A stretch of DNA of 63,103 nt, counting the filler, from Octopus bimaculoides (Eukaryota), in assembly GCF_001194135.2 (NCBI RefSeq). It is 6 parts of 6 records of this genome, joined end to end, with 100 filler letters (N's around TTAATTAATTAA, not from the genome) between each part and the next. Parts side by side here need not be neighbours in the genome. Positions count along the whole stretch, not along the records: positions 1 to 22,127 come from NC_068984.1; 5 more parts are not named here. One strand, given 5' to 3'. Below the pieces are notes generated by a model, which saw only the letters and a list, made by a program, of their open reading frames with translations, was not told the origin of the DNA and did not search any database. Positions 1-13,893 of this stretch are shown one piece after another. Position 1 is the first letter of the stretch, and every line of letters begins with the position of its first letter. The translations under genes and the position numbers were made by a program.

Positions 1-83
<83 letters not shown>

Positions 84-746
84 ATATATATATATGTGTG
101 TTTATGTGTATAAAGACACACGCATCATACAAAGCATATATATATATATATGCTTATATGCATGTTTCTATATTTTTGTATCTGGCTTTCTGTTTGTATA
201 TATATGTGTTTATGTGTGTATGGGTGCGTGTGGATGTGTATGTGTGTTTGAGTGTGTGTGCGAGTGTGTATGAGTGTGTGTGAGCGCACGAGCGTTTTCA
301 TATATATGTAAGGATGTGTACCTTTCGAATTTGAATGTATATTTTGTTGTTGATAACGTCATTTAAATGCCATACAGCTGATAGAAATCGGAATTTCTGA
401 ATCTTGGAGCTGAATAAAATATATTTTAATACATAATGTTTAATATAAGAGCAAAAACGATTTAGCTCATAAAAAAAGACAGCTATTATTTCACCTGTAA
501 ACGCAAGTGCTTCCATATTGTCAATTTAAAGTACGTCACACATAAAATATTGCTGCCTACATGATAGCAGGTAATAAATGTAGTTCTGGACGCTAGATGA
601 CAGTAATGAATCACCATTTGCATTTATAATCTACAATTACACAACGTAAAATGCGTCGTTTGAAGAGAGTTCCTGTAAAGAGATAACTCACTTGGCATTA
701 GACTACATTGCAAATTATATAAAAAAGGTTATTGACCTGGAACCTT

Positions 747-778
<32 letters not shown>

Positions 779-962
779 NNNNNNNNNNNNNNNNNNNNNN
801 NNNNNNNNNNNNNNNNNNNNNNNNNNNNNNNNNNNNNNNNNNNNNNNNNNNNNNNNNNNNNNNNNNNNNNNNNNNNNNNNNNNNNNNNNNNNNNNNNNNN
901 NNNNNNNNNNNNNNNNNNNNNNNNNNNNNNNNNNNNNNNNNNNNNNNNNNNNNNNNNNNNNN

Positions 963-1016
<54 letters not shown>

Positions 1017-2505
1017 AGAGAAGATAACTATTCATTTTCAGGTTAGTATGACATGTCTTGCAGGTAGATTATACATTTTCTTTCTATGCTACTTTTCTTA
1101 TATTATATTCACTAAATTAACACAGCAGCAATGGCAAAACAAAGTTAGTAACTAAGCCAAAACACATATACACACACGCACAGACGCACACACATACACA
1201 CACATACACGCACGCAAATACCCACACATATACATACATAAGCACGCGCACAATCCAACAAACAATCACACGCACATGTACACACACACACACATAGAGA
1301 GATAAAAAGAAATCAAACTCAAGTTTACTTCCAAAAGGTATTTTAGCCACTGCAATGTACGTTTCAATATTCTAAGATCCAGACTTAGTTGAGATGTCTC
1401 GCAGTCCATTCAAGCGATTGGGTATTTCTGCCCTTTATAGATTTTTCATTGTTTATAGATTTTTCTTATGAATACACTGTGACTATACTTCCATAGTAGC
1501 TTATGAAAATATATGAAGGTACTTCAACTGGATCATTAGCTGATTGGGTACTTTGTGGGTACTTAAATGAAATGGTGTTTTCAATTTGTACTGTTTCAGA
1601 TATACAAATTCATGCTTTTTTGTGACTCTTAATTATCCCAAGCATACAAATTTCTGGGAAATATTTGTTTCGTAAATGGCATTGTCACTGTTACCAAGTT
1701 TGATAAATACGAAAACATGAATGATATTTCGTAAACTATTTGATGTGAATGGAACCAACATACATATGGCCTAACTCTACAAATCAAGTGAATTCGGTTC
1801 AAATGCACAGAAGCTATTTCAGTATGGTTTTAGTAGGGAACGCATCATTCCATCTTTTTCTAAGTTTGCTACTGAAGGAATGCCTTGTGATGCTACGTAG
1901 ATGATATGCACTAGAAAAAAAAGCCTCATATCTTCACATGTCGTGCAATAGATGTAAAACACTGTTCCCTCAAGTCCCTCTTAACGTATATGACATAAAC
2001 ATGAATTTTTAGACAATGCATCTTATTTTCTTTTAAATAGTAGAGATTAAAACACTGACTGGACGACAATGATCAAGATTTTGGGCTCACGGGAGTAGTC
2101 CAATACAATCAAATGATAGTATTTAGCTATGTTATAAAATAATATATTTATTTATAATTCACCTCTTGAAAATGAATGCGAGAAATAGCCAAGTGAATAA
2201 TCATAACATATCTAAGTACACATAAATCATTCGAAAATCAAGTAAAATATTTGGTTTACGTTACTGACATAATTAGAAGCATTGAAACACATCACCTTCG
2301 TAAGCGAGATGATTGTTTCTTTAGTTTAGATTTTACATTTTATACAACTGCTTTTTCAGAATAATAGCAAGCAACGGTTTGACGCAATATTAAATATATA
2401 CACAAAACATAAAACGAGAACAACAGCACTCATAATAATTGTAATTATAACAGGGGTGATCACGATGATGATGATGATGTGATGATAAAAATGAGTAAAT
2501 TATTA

Positions 2506-2564
<59 letters not shown>

Positions 2565-2684
2565 ACGTCAGCAACAATAATAATGGTAACACATTAATAT
2601 CAAATTTGCTTGCTCTTGCTTTAACTAGAATATATAGGTGTGCATATGTAAGCATACACAAACACACGCATACTATATATGCAG

Positions 2685-2741
<57 letters not shown>

Positions 2742-2745
2742 GATA

Positions 2746-2776
<31 letters not shown>

Positions 2777-3612
2777 GGAGTGTGTGTGTGTATGTGTGTG
2801 TATGATTATGTGCGTATCTACTTGTGCACATAGGTGTGATTATTATGTGTAAGATATGCTTGTGTGCGTACATATTTGTATATGTAAATACGAAGTTCTT
2901 ATGTATATACGAAGTTCTTATGACATATGACCGGAAGACAAATCAATTACAGTTTTCATTTTATCTAATATTTATATTTAGGCATTGGAAGAATTGAAAT
3001 TAAATGAATAAATATATTGAAAAGAGCTAAGAAGATATTGAATGGAACAGAATCAGTGAAAGCACAGTTTTGTAATAATAATAGCATTTTCTAATGTTTT
3101 CTTTTGATTCTCAAGTGTGAAAATATAAAACCAAATGTTATCTGCGAGCAAACAGTTTGCTCTCGTTTAGTATTTAGTAGAATAATAACAATTAATATAA
3201 TTTGGAGGATTTAAAGTTAATAACTGCAATAACCAGTTCCCATTTATAGATTGAAGGTATTTAATTAATTTTATGAAAATTTAAAATGTAAAGAATACAA
3301 ATTAACAAATAATTCTTTATGTTGGATTATAGAATTGAAAATGTGGTATTCAGAGAAATTGCAAATTGCAGATACCGTACCGAATGATTAGAGAAGTAAT
3401 ACTTGTGTAATAAATAAAGCAATCTCGGCTTTTAGCTGACATTGAATGATATGCTGATTTATGAAATTCACAAAGGGAATGAAACTAGATTCAATCTATT
3501 AAATAATTTGGGGTTTGAATAAAATAATCCTTATTATTTCCTCTTGGGATGATACTTAAAGCAATTGGTTAAGTAGTGCGCAACTACGATTTATTTAACA
3601 GTAGTGCGGTTT

Positions 3613-3654
<42 letters not shown>

Positions 3655-3699
3655 NNNNNNNNNNNNNNNNNNNNNNNNNNNNNNNNNNNNNNNNNNNNN

Positions 3700-3733
<34 letters not shown>

Positions 3734-3763
3734 CGTATGTATGTATGCATGTATCTATGTATA

Positions 3764-4640
3764 CGAGCAGGTATCAAAAGGTTCCCAGTCTAGTTATAGT
3801 TAATTAAAAATAATTTACCTAAGTTTTAACATCATCCCCTTCGAAATAGTAACCTTGTGCAGTAATACACCGCTCCCAGCTTTCCTCCCAGTTTTGAAAT
3901 CCAGCCTAGACCTTTTTCTTTGTTTTTAGGCAAGTCGAGGATCTTCTGTGATTGACTCTGGATTTCGACAACGGAGTTACAACGGTGGCCTTTTAAGTGC
4001 CTTTTCATTTTGGGGAAGTGATGGAAGCCAGCAGATGCTAAATATGGCGAATATGTGGGTGCGGAAGCGATAACATGCTGTTTTGGGCAAGAAACTCACG
4101 AGTGAGGCGAGCTCGGTGAAAGGGTGCATAGTCGTCGTGAAGAATCCAATTCTTCGTGCGCCACAGATCCGGTCGCTTTCGCCGAATGTCCACTCTCAGA
4201 TGCTTTGAAATGTCCCTCACGCACGAATTCTTGATGCACAAAACTGCAGATGTCGAAAAAAGAAAACGATGAGCATGCTGAGTCATTCGAAACATTGCGT
4301 ACGACGTGACGTATTGCCTCGGTACTGTAAGTTTCTCGAAGCATGCTGAATGTATCTGTAACAAACTTCCTAAGTTTCATGCAAAATTTGACATTGGCAC
4401 TTTGTTCCCTCTCCTTGTCCTTGATAGAAATCGTGGATTACAACATACACCTAATTACAAAAACACATTTCACAACTTGCGAAGTAAACGCAGCAATCTT
4501 GCTGGCCACACGGTCTCATGAACCTCAGTGGTAGCACTCACTTCGCACGCACCGTGTGCTTCCATCCCTACATGGTCATTAACCACTACTATGGTTACGT
4601 TTCATTCATGACGTCAGTTTTGTCTAGTAAGAATCACAGA
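3764..4640 (-). mobile_element. Mariner (DD34D-type) DNA transposon, internally deleted and decayed
   Basis: Minus-strand peptides EQSANVKFCMKLRKFVTDTFSMLRETY (N-terminal HTH region) and RRKRPDLWRTKNWILHDDYAPFHRARLTREFLAQNSMLSLPHP (catalytic region, HDNAP/HPPYSPDL-like). TIR-like end TA|CGAGCAGGTATCAAAAGGTTCCC at 3762. The second TIR was not found, so the right boundary is approximate. Confidence 0.9.
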
Positions 4641-5160
4641 ATAGTTTAATTGATTTCCTGCATTTCTGTGACTGTTAAGCTAAAACAAAAAAAATTACGT
4701 CTAATTTTTCAAAAACTAGCGTTGAATTTTTGTAAACAGAAGTTTTCTGCAGGAAGAATAGTGACGGAGTAATTTTGCTAACGCACGTCATCACACTTGT
4801 ACCTTCACCACCGCTACGATCATCCACATCATATAATTCGGTCAAATCCGAAACCCCATTTTTTGACGGGCCTGTACTGATAGAGGGGATTGCTGGAAAC
4901 ATGTAAATGCTTTTGTACACCATTACGTCAAACGCGTTTACAGTGAATCACTACTAAAACAAATTGGAAAAGACATAGCTAAGATTAGCAAGGAAGGTCT
5001 AACTCTCAAGAATAATTTTAGCAAACAAAGTAGAATATGTGACAGAATTCCTTTAATGATTAACTGGCACTGAAATTTTGCTAGCATTCCAAAAGTGTTA
5101 CATTAAAGTTACCAGAATGTTGCGGAAAGATATTCTCATTTCAAACATATATTTCTTCAG

Positions 5161-5274
5161 TCGCTTATTGTAGCCTTTAGACGGAATACACATATAAGAG
5201 AACTATCAACCTTTACTTCTGACTCCAAGAAAACTAACACTGGAGTCTCCGCACACTGTACCTTGAAAAGAGAG
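5161..5274 (+). other. Candidate internal exon, 114 nt, phase 0-0 (SLIVAFRRNTHIRELSTFTSDSKKTNTGVSAHCTLKRE); unverified
   Basis: Acceptor atatttcttcag, donor GAG|gtaagc, length divisible by 3, one open frame. Peptide not recognised. Confidence 0.25.
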
Positions 5275-5924
5275 GTAAGCCATATTCATTGTGTTCAACA
5301 ACACGGGTCAATTGAATTCCATCTGGAATCATAACAGAAATGTTATGATGTACACGGAAGTTGGGAGATGTAGAGTCTCCCATACATAATTTATGTTGTT
5401 TGTACAATAGAACAATTAAATAAAAGATTCAATGGATACAGATATAACATCGAGAACAGTAACAGTAGTTCGACATAACATCCCGAACATTTTACATCAA
5501 GCGGATGCAAATTTGCAAATGACTTGAAAGTGCATATTCTGAGAAAATATTCTGAATTTGCTACACATCCAGTCCTCAAAAGGCATGACGTAAATTATGT
5601 TTGTGAGTTATTAACATCATGCCTTAAAGGGATGAATAAAATGATGGGAGAATTTCATCATAATTACATAAAATTGTTTGATTAAATATTCTCCAATTAT
5701 CTTTTCTTTTCTTTCTTTTTTTTTTCACATTTTACTTCATTTTTCTTGTAGCCAGTTGTAAACTTGAAAAAGGGAAGGCTAATGATATTATTCCATCTGC
5801 GTGGAAATGCCGGTTGCCGCGTTCTAATTTTGAATTTGAATTTCGATATGCCACTCAACAAAGACAGGCTAGCTGTTAAAATATCGTTCAACGAATAAAA
5901 CATATATTGCAATAATAACAATGA

Positions 5925-5937
5925 CAACAACAATAAC

Positions 5938-5993
<56 letters not shown>

Positions 5994-5995
5994 TG

Positions 5996-6056
<61 letters not shown>

Positions 6057-6170
6057 TAACAATAATAATAACAACAACAACAATAACAACAACAACAATA
6101 ATAATAATAATTATTATTATTATTATTATTATCATTATTATTATCATTATTATTATCATTATTATTATTA

Positions 6171-6222
<52 letters not shown>
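5925..6222. repeat. (AAT/AAC)n directly followed by its reverse complement (ATT/ATC)n
   Basis: Junction taataa|ttatta at 6110/6111; source of the poly-I and poly-L ORFs. Confidence 0.95.
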
Positions 6223-6225
<3 letters not shown>

Positions 6226-9200
6226 AATGGTTTCAAATTTTGGTCCATAACCACCAAATTCGGGGAGGCGGTAAGACCATTGCATCTTACTTAGTAATAA
6301 AAATATTAACGGCACAAATAGCAACAACAATAATAATACTAAGACGAAGAAATTAAAGTACGGTCATATGTGTATGTGTGCATTTGTGTGTACTTCCATA
6401 ACGGATGCATGTAAGTATGTTTGCATGAAAGTATAGCCAATAGTTCTCCTTATTTAGTATTCTCCCCAAATGAAAGGTATATTTGCTGAAATATTGAAAT
6501 TAGTAAACTGTAAGCACTTCTACGTATTCTGAAGATATATATGGGCATGGGAGGATGAAGTCAGATGGAAAGAGAAAAGTATTTGTCCAATAGCAAGCAG
6601 ATTCAGGAGTAGTTAACATGCATGTTCATTGCTCAGAAATGAAACTTTACCATCTCATATATGCGTATAATAATCATATACGATATTTGATTATAAATGA
6701 ATCCCGCGATAAAATTTGTTCTGTGACGATAAATCTCGTAATTAATAAGGGTGGTATATTTCCCGCCAAGTGAACAACAAAACAGCTTAGCAGAGAATTC
6801 AAAATGTTCAAATTATACAATATCATTGAGAAATATTCAGCTGCATAGACATAAGGCTTCATTCCGGCATGTTTCCATAAAAGTCATCCTGCTTTGCTGA
6901 TAAACAAAATGATATCACCTGCTTTCCAAGATCCTGGAGAGATTTTCACTTGAATTTTAATATCAATATTGAATCTAAAACATTTTATTTTTTTAAAAAC
7001 CGTTCACACATATCTCTCAGACTTTGTTATTTTACTGCTTGTTCAGTCGTAACTATATTGCTATCATGTTCCAAGATAATATTTCAGTATTAGTTCTTCG
7101 ATTACACTAATTCCTATTAGTTCTTTTTTACCATCATATCCATTTCCACATCGATCCCGTATAGGTCAACCTGGAAAAAGCAAATACATATTTATATTGC
7201 ATTTCATATTATAAACTAAATTGATAATATTTCGTATATTTATCAAAGCAAATTAATACAAGCGTACAATATAACCATAATAGAAATAATTTGCACAATG
7301 CATTTTTGATATGCAATTCAGTTTTGCTTATTCCATGTAGATTCATTTTCTGAATTGTTTGTAGACGTAGATTTTTCAACTAACAAATTCACCCAAAATA
7401 ATTTGGTCACTCCCGGGTTATAGTTGATGATACTTGCTGGCAGAATTCCTGAATGAGGCCAAAAGTCGAACCACATCTTTGTGAATTGTAATTCTTAACA
7501 ATACATAGTGGTTGTCTGTATTATCTAAACTGGATATAATATTTCTTGTATCTGTTGACATTATATTGTGGAAAATATTCTTTAACTATCCTCTTTTATT
7601 ATACATCAGTATTTCTCTTTGACAAAGTGTTTATCTTCACAGCAACCTACTGTTGTGGCATAATGAAATTATACATACAACTACAATAAAAGCAAACTTG
7701 TGTCACAAGTAGTTTCATTGATGGCAGGTAATATGTCAAAGTACAAAGAGAAAATTACACAACTTTATCGAATTTAAAACGGTACGATAACATCAATAAT
7801 TCGTAATGTATATTTCGAAGCATAACTTTTGCCGCTATATGACTATCGCCTACTCTTAGAACACCATACCGTATGTGAGCATTTTCTGACATAGCATCAT
7901 GTTGAGCAAATTTTTCCTGAATAGCATTTGACAGACATGAAAGCCTGTTGAAGTGACAATTTCGTTAAGTGAGTGTTAATTCATTCTCCATTTAACGCCA
8001 TCATTTTATCCCTGAATGCTTTGAGTTCGCTATACTCAGATTTTATCATTTATCCCATTCTTTCTTCATTTTAGGACACATTTTCTACATTAAAAATCTC
8101 ATTATTATTACTTCTCTCCTCTGGCTAAGCAATTCAAATAAATGAAATGTATCTAAACTTATGCAGATTTTATTTTGCATTCGGTTTGTATCTTCAGAAT
8201 GATAAAAAATGAATATACATTTCTAGAACTATTATTATGCGCATAGGTAAAGTTACAGATTTAATTTCAAAGTTGAAACTATCACCATCCTTTTCATTCA
8301 TATTCTAATGTGATTTATATTTGAATAATTACATAGGCAAACGGACGCCCTGTAATTAATAGTTAGTTCTATTATCATTAAAATATAAATTTTATTTCTA
8401 CTGTTATCAATTATTATCAGTCATTTTGTATTCAAAATAAAATTTGCTACTAGCTGAGAATTTTATTCAAAATCTCATTGTAATTAATATTTTATTGCTT
8501 GTATAAAATACTAACGACATGATCAGAATATAGATAATATTCGAGGGAGTTTATTGCCAAAAATATGTTCAATTAATTTCTATTTCTAGCAGATCATACG
8601 TGCAATTAATTCAAATAAATGCTCATATTTTAGATACTTTAAATGCGACCATTACTGTTCAGTGAATATTAGAAAATTAAAATAAAACGTTGTTAAATGA
8701 AAAGTAGTAATGTTCTTTAAGAAAGAATGCACCATGTTCAGTAATAGTGAAATACTTTCTATATGAACGATTATTAATTAATACATTCTGTCTATATCAG
8801 TACTGTTAATATATAAAAATGAATGGGTGAATGAGACAGTTAGTTTGGTTCATAATATTCTCAAAACTATAGTAATTTGAACATTATTATATATATATTC
8901 ATGTTAAATAATATAATAATAATATACGTTTTACTATTAGAAAACGGATATTTTGTATAAGACAACACATACGTGGTCCGTGGCGCGCATACATATACAT
9001 AAACATACATAACTATACACAATAATACTAATGTATATAACACATGTGTTTGTCCCACCACCTTACCAGTCCTGTGATTCCCTCGACGCTATTTATACTT
9101 ATATATANNNNNNNNNNGCGAGCGTATATATATATGTATATATATATATATATAACGTAGAACTATTAAATTCCTCACTACCCAGTTTCACATTTGCTAA

Positions 9201-9325
9201 TTATAAATATACGAATTCCGAATATTTCTCCCTTTCGTTTGTCCACTTCTGTCTATATGTGTTTGTGTTTGTGTGTGTGCGTGCGTGTGTGTATGTGTGT
9301 GCGTGTGTGTGTGTGTGTGCGAGCG

Positions 9326-9356
<31 letters not shown>

Positions 9357-10594
9357 GCGCACGCGCATTTATATATGTGTGTGTGCTTGTTTGCACGTCT
9401 CAATATTTTATGTGTATTACTTCTCCATCTATTCGTATTTTTATATGAAACATAATTAAATGAAATTCTCCTTAAGTTATACCGAACAAGGCAGTCGGCC
9501 TAACACAAAAGTCTACCATCCATATGTATGTTATAGATTCTTCTATATTAAATACCATTTAGAAATACCGAAGGGAATTCTTGAGTGATTCATAACTACC
9601 TTACTCATAAGCAGCACGAAAAAATATCCACAATAAAAAAGCAATGTAATTTGAAAGTTTTACTACACATATCGCTGGTTAAGTTTGAAGTTCCAAGCAG
9701 TTTTACCAAAGTACGCGCATCGAAACATCATACTCCTATGACTTTCAGAAATATTAATGTGACATGACATAGTAGTAGAATTGTCAGATAAAAAAATTAC
9801 AGAAGACATTGTGGGTAGTGGAAATAATTTTACGCATTTAGTGAGTAGGTGATTAAGGAGCAATTATCTTTAAGATCCAAAGTTTGCTAATTTTTTTACT
9901 ATTTCAACACATCTGATAAAACGGAAATCAATATAAACTCAAATCTTTGGGATCAGCATTCTAATATATTGTAATTATGATTCACGTCGGTGGTCTATGT
10001 CACTAATATCTATATTTCTGTAACTAACGTCTATACATAGTCGTAGCTAAAATCGTATATGCGTTGCAGCATGGAGTGAATTCTTTCTATTGCAATGTAT
10101 AGAAGAAGCCAGTAGTTAATAGCAAAATTTACTTCATTTACTCTGTTATACTCTTATATATTACATTGGTCAGGTTTCAGTTTCTTAGTTTCTTTCTTTA
10201 TCTTTTTTACAATTGTGTATACTGTTTTGTTTTATAAAATAAATGTAAAACTTTTCATTGAATGGATAGGATATGACCAATAAGAATAAATTATTAATGT
10301 TGGAATCAGCTTAAGCGGACTTTTTATTCTCTGGATTTGTACAGGTGAATTCTGTGGGATATAAGCTTTTTAATAATTTGAAACAACACAATTTAGAAAC
10401 TATTTAAAGGTTTAGATTATAATTATGCCAAAATGTTACTGGTTGATTCGTTTAATTTTGCTTTGATACACTGCATTTGCCAACTAGTGGAGTAGCAATA
10501 TGTTTGTACTGTTGACAACGTTGAAAATTATTGTAATCTCTTGTACCAAATATCTATCCCCACTCGACACAAAACTTTCAGGACATATTCTTAC

Positions 10595-10603
10595 ACAAGT
10601 ATA
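10595..10603 (-). other. Candidate 9-nt microexon TATACTTGT; unverified
   Basis: Minus strand reads ttattattactttcag|TATACTTGT|gtaagaat. Confidence 0.2.
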
Positions 10604-12119
10604 CTGAAAGTAATAATAATTAATCAAATCAGCACAATAACACATCAGAAAATAGCATTTGAACAAAAGAAAAGTTTTGTTCTGAAATAGGTAAATACGT
10701 AGAATTACGAAAGCTTTAATAGTATTCCAGAAAATGTCCAAATATTGATTTTCCACTTTCGTTACTATATGTGTTCATAAAATACGACCTTACATGTTTC
10801 ACGTAGATTCTAACATTAATCTCAAATCTTTAATACATCCCTATAACATCATTATGATTTTATACATATTAAAAATTTGTAAACGTTCATACAACAAAAT
10901 GCATTTTATTGATCTATTATCATTGTTTCTCAAAATTATTCGAATTACAGGCGCAATTTCGAATTTATACCAATTTAGATTTCGTATATGTATCATACAA
11001 TGAGCTATTATGGATTTTTATACAATATTTTGTAAACACCAGTTATTTTATTTAAGAGAATAATATTAATGTTCGTACAAAATTGTTATTGCTTTCAAAT
11101 GTTGCGTTTTCAGTTTCTGCATCGTTAATAAGTGAGACAATAGTGGTGGAACACGAAAAAGAGAGTATTATACGTACTTTTAAGAATACTACTTGACTGA
11201 GCTGCCTTGATTCAGAGAAGAAATATTATACACGTTTACCTTTCAATTTGCATTTGAATTAATGCTTTTTCTACATTATATGTATTTAGAGATTGAGGTG
11301 TGTCAGATATAACGTATAGCTATTGATGAATATAGTTGGTGTGTGAAACCTCCTGAGAACACATGCATTTGCTGAAGCACAAATTCACATATATAGGCGC
11401 ACAGAGATGTATGTATACATTATAACTATCGATATAGTTCGGCCTTAGCGAGTATTAAGTACGTCTTTTCTTTTCAGTAAACAAATTTCGAACGTTGTGA
11501 AGCCGACCTCTGGAACTTGAATATTATTCATAGCAAAGTGATCCTTCTGCTAGGAAAACATGTCGTTAAACATTCAGAGCTAAATTTCCAGAATAATATT
11601 TAATAATATATATTATTGACGGAAACATTTCAATAGTTGCTCGAAGTGGAGAATTACACGTCACATTACTCGAATATCCCAAACCGCTGTTATTTCCTCA
11701 CATGTCATTCTCATACTAAATTCCCTATACCTGTATTTCACTGATGAAATACATAGTTATTGCCCTTTGAAATAATTGAAACCGTCATCAATTACCTGAA
11801 TATTACAGAAATAAGTCATGTATTTGTGTTGGTAGTCCGTACACAAAGATTTTAAAAATTATCAAGCATTTAAATAGTATATATAACTTGTTTTCTAGTA
11901 ATAGCTTTCTAAATGAACTGGTAAAATAATTGTTGAATTTTGTTGGTTGGTTATCTAGTTGCGCTTTAGATCGTATAGAGAGAATGGAAGAAACAATGAA
12001 GAAAAGAGCTTAAACGGATGAGTCGGGATAAATACATATACTGGGCTTAATGGGAGGCAATAAGTACGGAAGGTGAGAAACGCACAATTAGAAAGAATCA
12101 GAGAAGAGTAGGTTAAGAC

Positions 12120-12156
<37 letters not shown>

Positions 12157-13878
12157 TAAATTGCGTAGTAGTTATGGAATACACTCTCCATAATAATGAC
12201 AAGATGTTATAATTTACATTTACATAAAAAGACAAAACCATTTTCTTATGAAAACTAGCATAATATTACATCGTTTTATGTAAACATCAAGAAACTTGGT
12301 AAACGTTAAATCATATTCGTTCTATAACCTATGCTCATATGACCCATGGCAGCAACATTAAACTACAATTCATACAGCAGCGAATAAAATTGGTAACGTC
12401 ATTTTAAGTTCTTGTGAATATCTTTTGAGAAATATGTGTATACATTTATGTAAGCAGACACAAATACAAACACACGCACGCACGCACACATACAAACATA
12501 TATAAGCAAATTAGAGTCATTAGTATACAAGATATTTTAAGTACATGCAAAACAAATTAAGCATGTATGTATACAAATAAACAGGTCCAACTGATATATA
12601 TATATATATATATANNNNNNNNNNNNNNNNNNNNNNNNNNNNNNNNNNNNNNNNNNNNNNNNNNNNNNNNNNNNNNNNNNNNNNNNNNNNNNNNNNNNNN
12701 NNNNNNNNNNNNNNNNNNNNNNNNNNNNNNNNNNNNNNNNNNNNNNNNNNNNNNNNNNNNNNNNNNNNNNNNNNNNNNNNNNNNNNNNNNNNNNNNNNNN
12801 NNNNNNNNNNNNNNNNNNNNNNNNNNNNNNNNNNNNNNNNNNNNNNNNNNNNNNNNNNNNNNNNNNNNNNNNNNNNNNNNNNNNNNNNNNNNNNNNNNNN
12901 NNNNNNNNNNNNNNNNNNNNNNNNNNNNNNNNNNNNNNNNNNNNNNNNNNNNNNNNNNNNNNNNNNNNNNNNNNNNNNNNNNNNNNNNNNNNNNNNNNNN
13001 NNNNNNNNNNNNNNNNNNNNNNNNNNNNNNNNNNNNNNNNNNNNNNNNNNNNNNNNNNNNNNNNNNNNNNNNNNNNNNNNNNNNNNNNNNNNNNNNNNNN
13101 NNNNNNNNNNNNNNNNNNNNNNNNNNNNNNNNNNNNNNNNNNNNNNNNNNNNNNNNNNNNNNNNNNNNNNNNNNNNNNNNNNNNNNNNNNNNNNNNNNNN
13201 NNNNNNNNNNNNNNNNNNNNNNNNNNNNNNNNNNNNNNNNNNNNNNNNNNNNNNNNNNNNNNNNNNNNNNNNNNNNNNNNNNNNNNNNNNNNNNNNNNNN
13301 NNNNNNNNNNNNNNNNNNNNNNNNNNNNNNNNNNNNNNNNNNNNNNNNNNNNNNNNNNNNNNNNNNNNNNNNNNNNNNNNNNNNNNNNNNNNNNNNNNNN
13401 NNNNNNNNNNNNNNNNNNNNNNNNNNNNNNNNNNNNNNNNNNNNNNNNNNNNNNNNNNNNNNNNNNNNNNNNNNNNNNNNNNNNNNNNNNNNNNNNNNNN
13501 NNNNNNNNNNNNNNNNNNNNNNNNNNNAGCATTATTTAGTTGTCGATGAACTAATACATGCATATGTAACGGCCACCAGGAACCTGATGTAGGATGTTAG
13601 TAAGCTTCAAACAGGCCGTAGAAGGTATACAAAACAACTTTCGGGAATAATAGTGGTTAATTGGCCTAGAAAATTGTAAATGTTTCCCATATCGAAGTTA
13701 GAGAAGTGGAAAAAAGTTATTTTGTAGTTCACACTTAGTAACTGAGTTGCTATATTAGCGAATAAAAATTCAAATTTAGGAAATAGAGCAGTTAAAATCC
13801 CGGCCACGTATGTTTTATAGCTAGCGGAACCTCGAAATTTATAATTATTCAGCGAGGGTTTCTCCACTAGCTACTCAC

Positions 13879-13893
13879 CAGAATGAAGATGCC
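13879..13893 (-). other. Candidate 15-nt microexon GGCATCTTCATTCTG; unverified
   Basis: Minus strand reads atattcatttaactag|GGCATCTTCATTCTG|gtgagtag; consensus donor and about 65 nt without AG upstream of the acceptor. Confidence 0.3.

Noticed and set aside
7448-7475. CTGAATGAGGCCAAAAGTCGAAC
   Set aside because: Insertion in the first box, GAAC instead of GAAA, no stems I or III.
9118-9355. Identical gcgagcgtatata... block at 9118 and about 9319
   Set aside because: Low complexity and next to a 10-N gap; likely a local assembly artefact.
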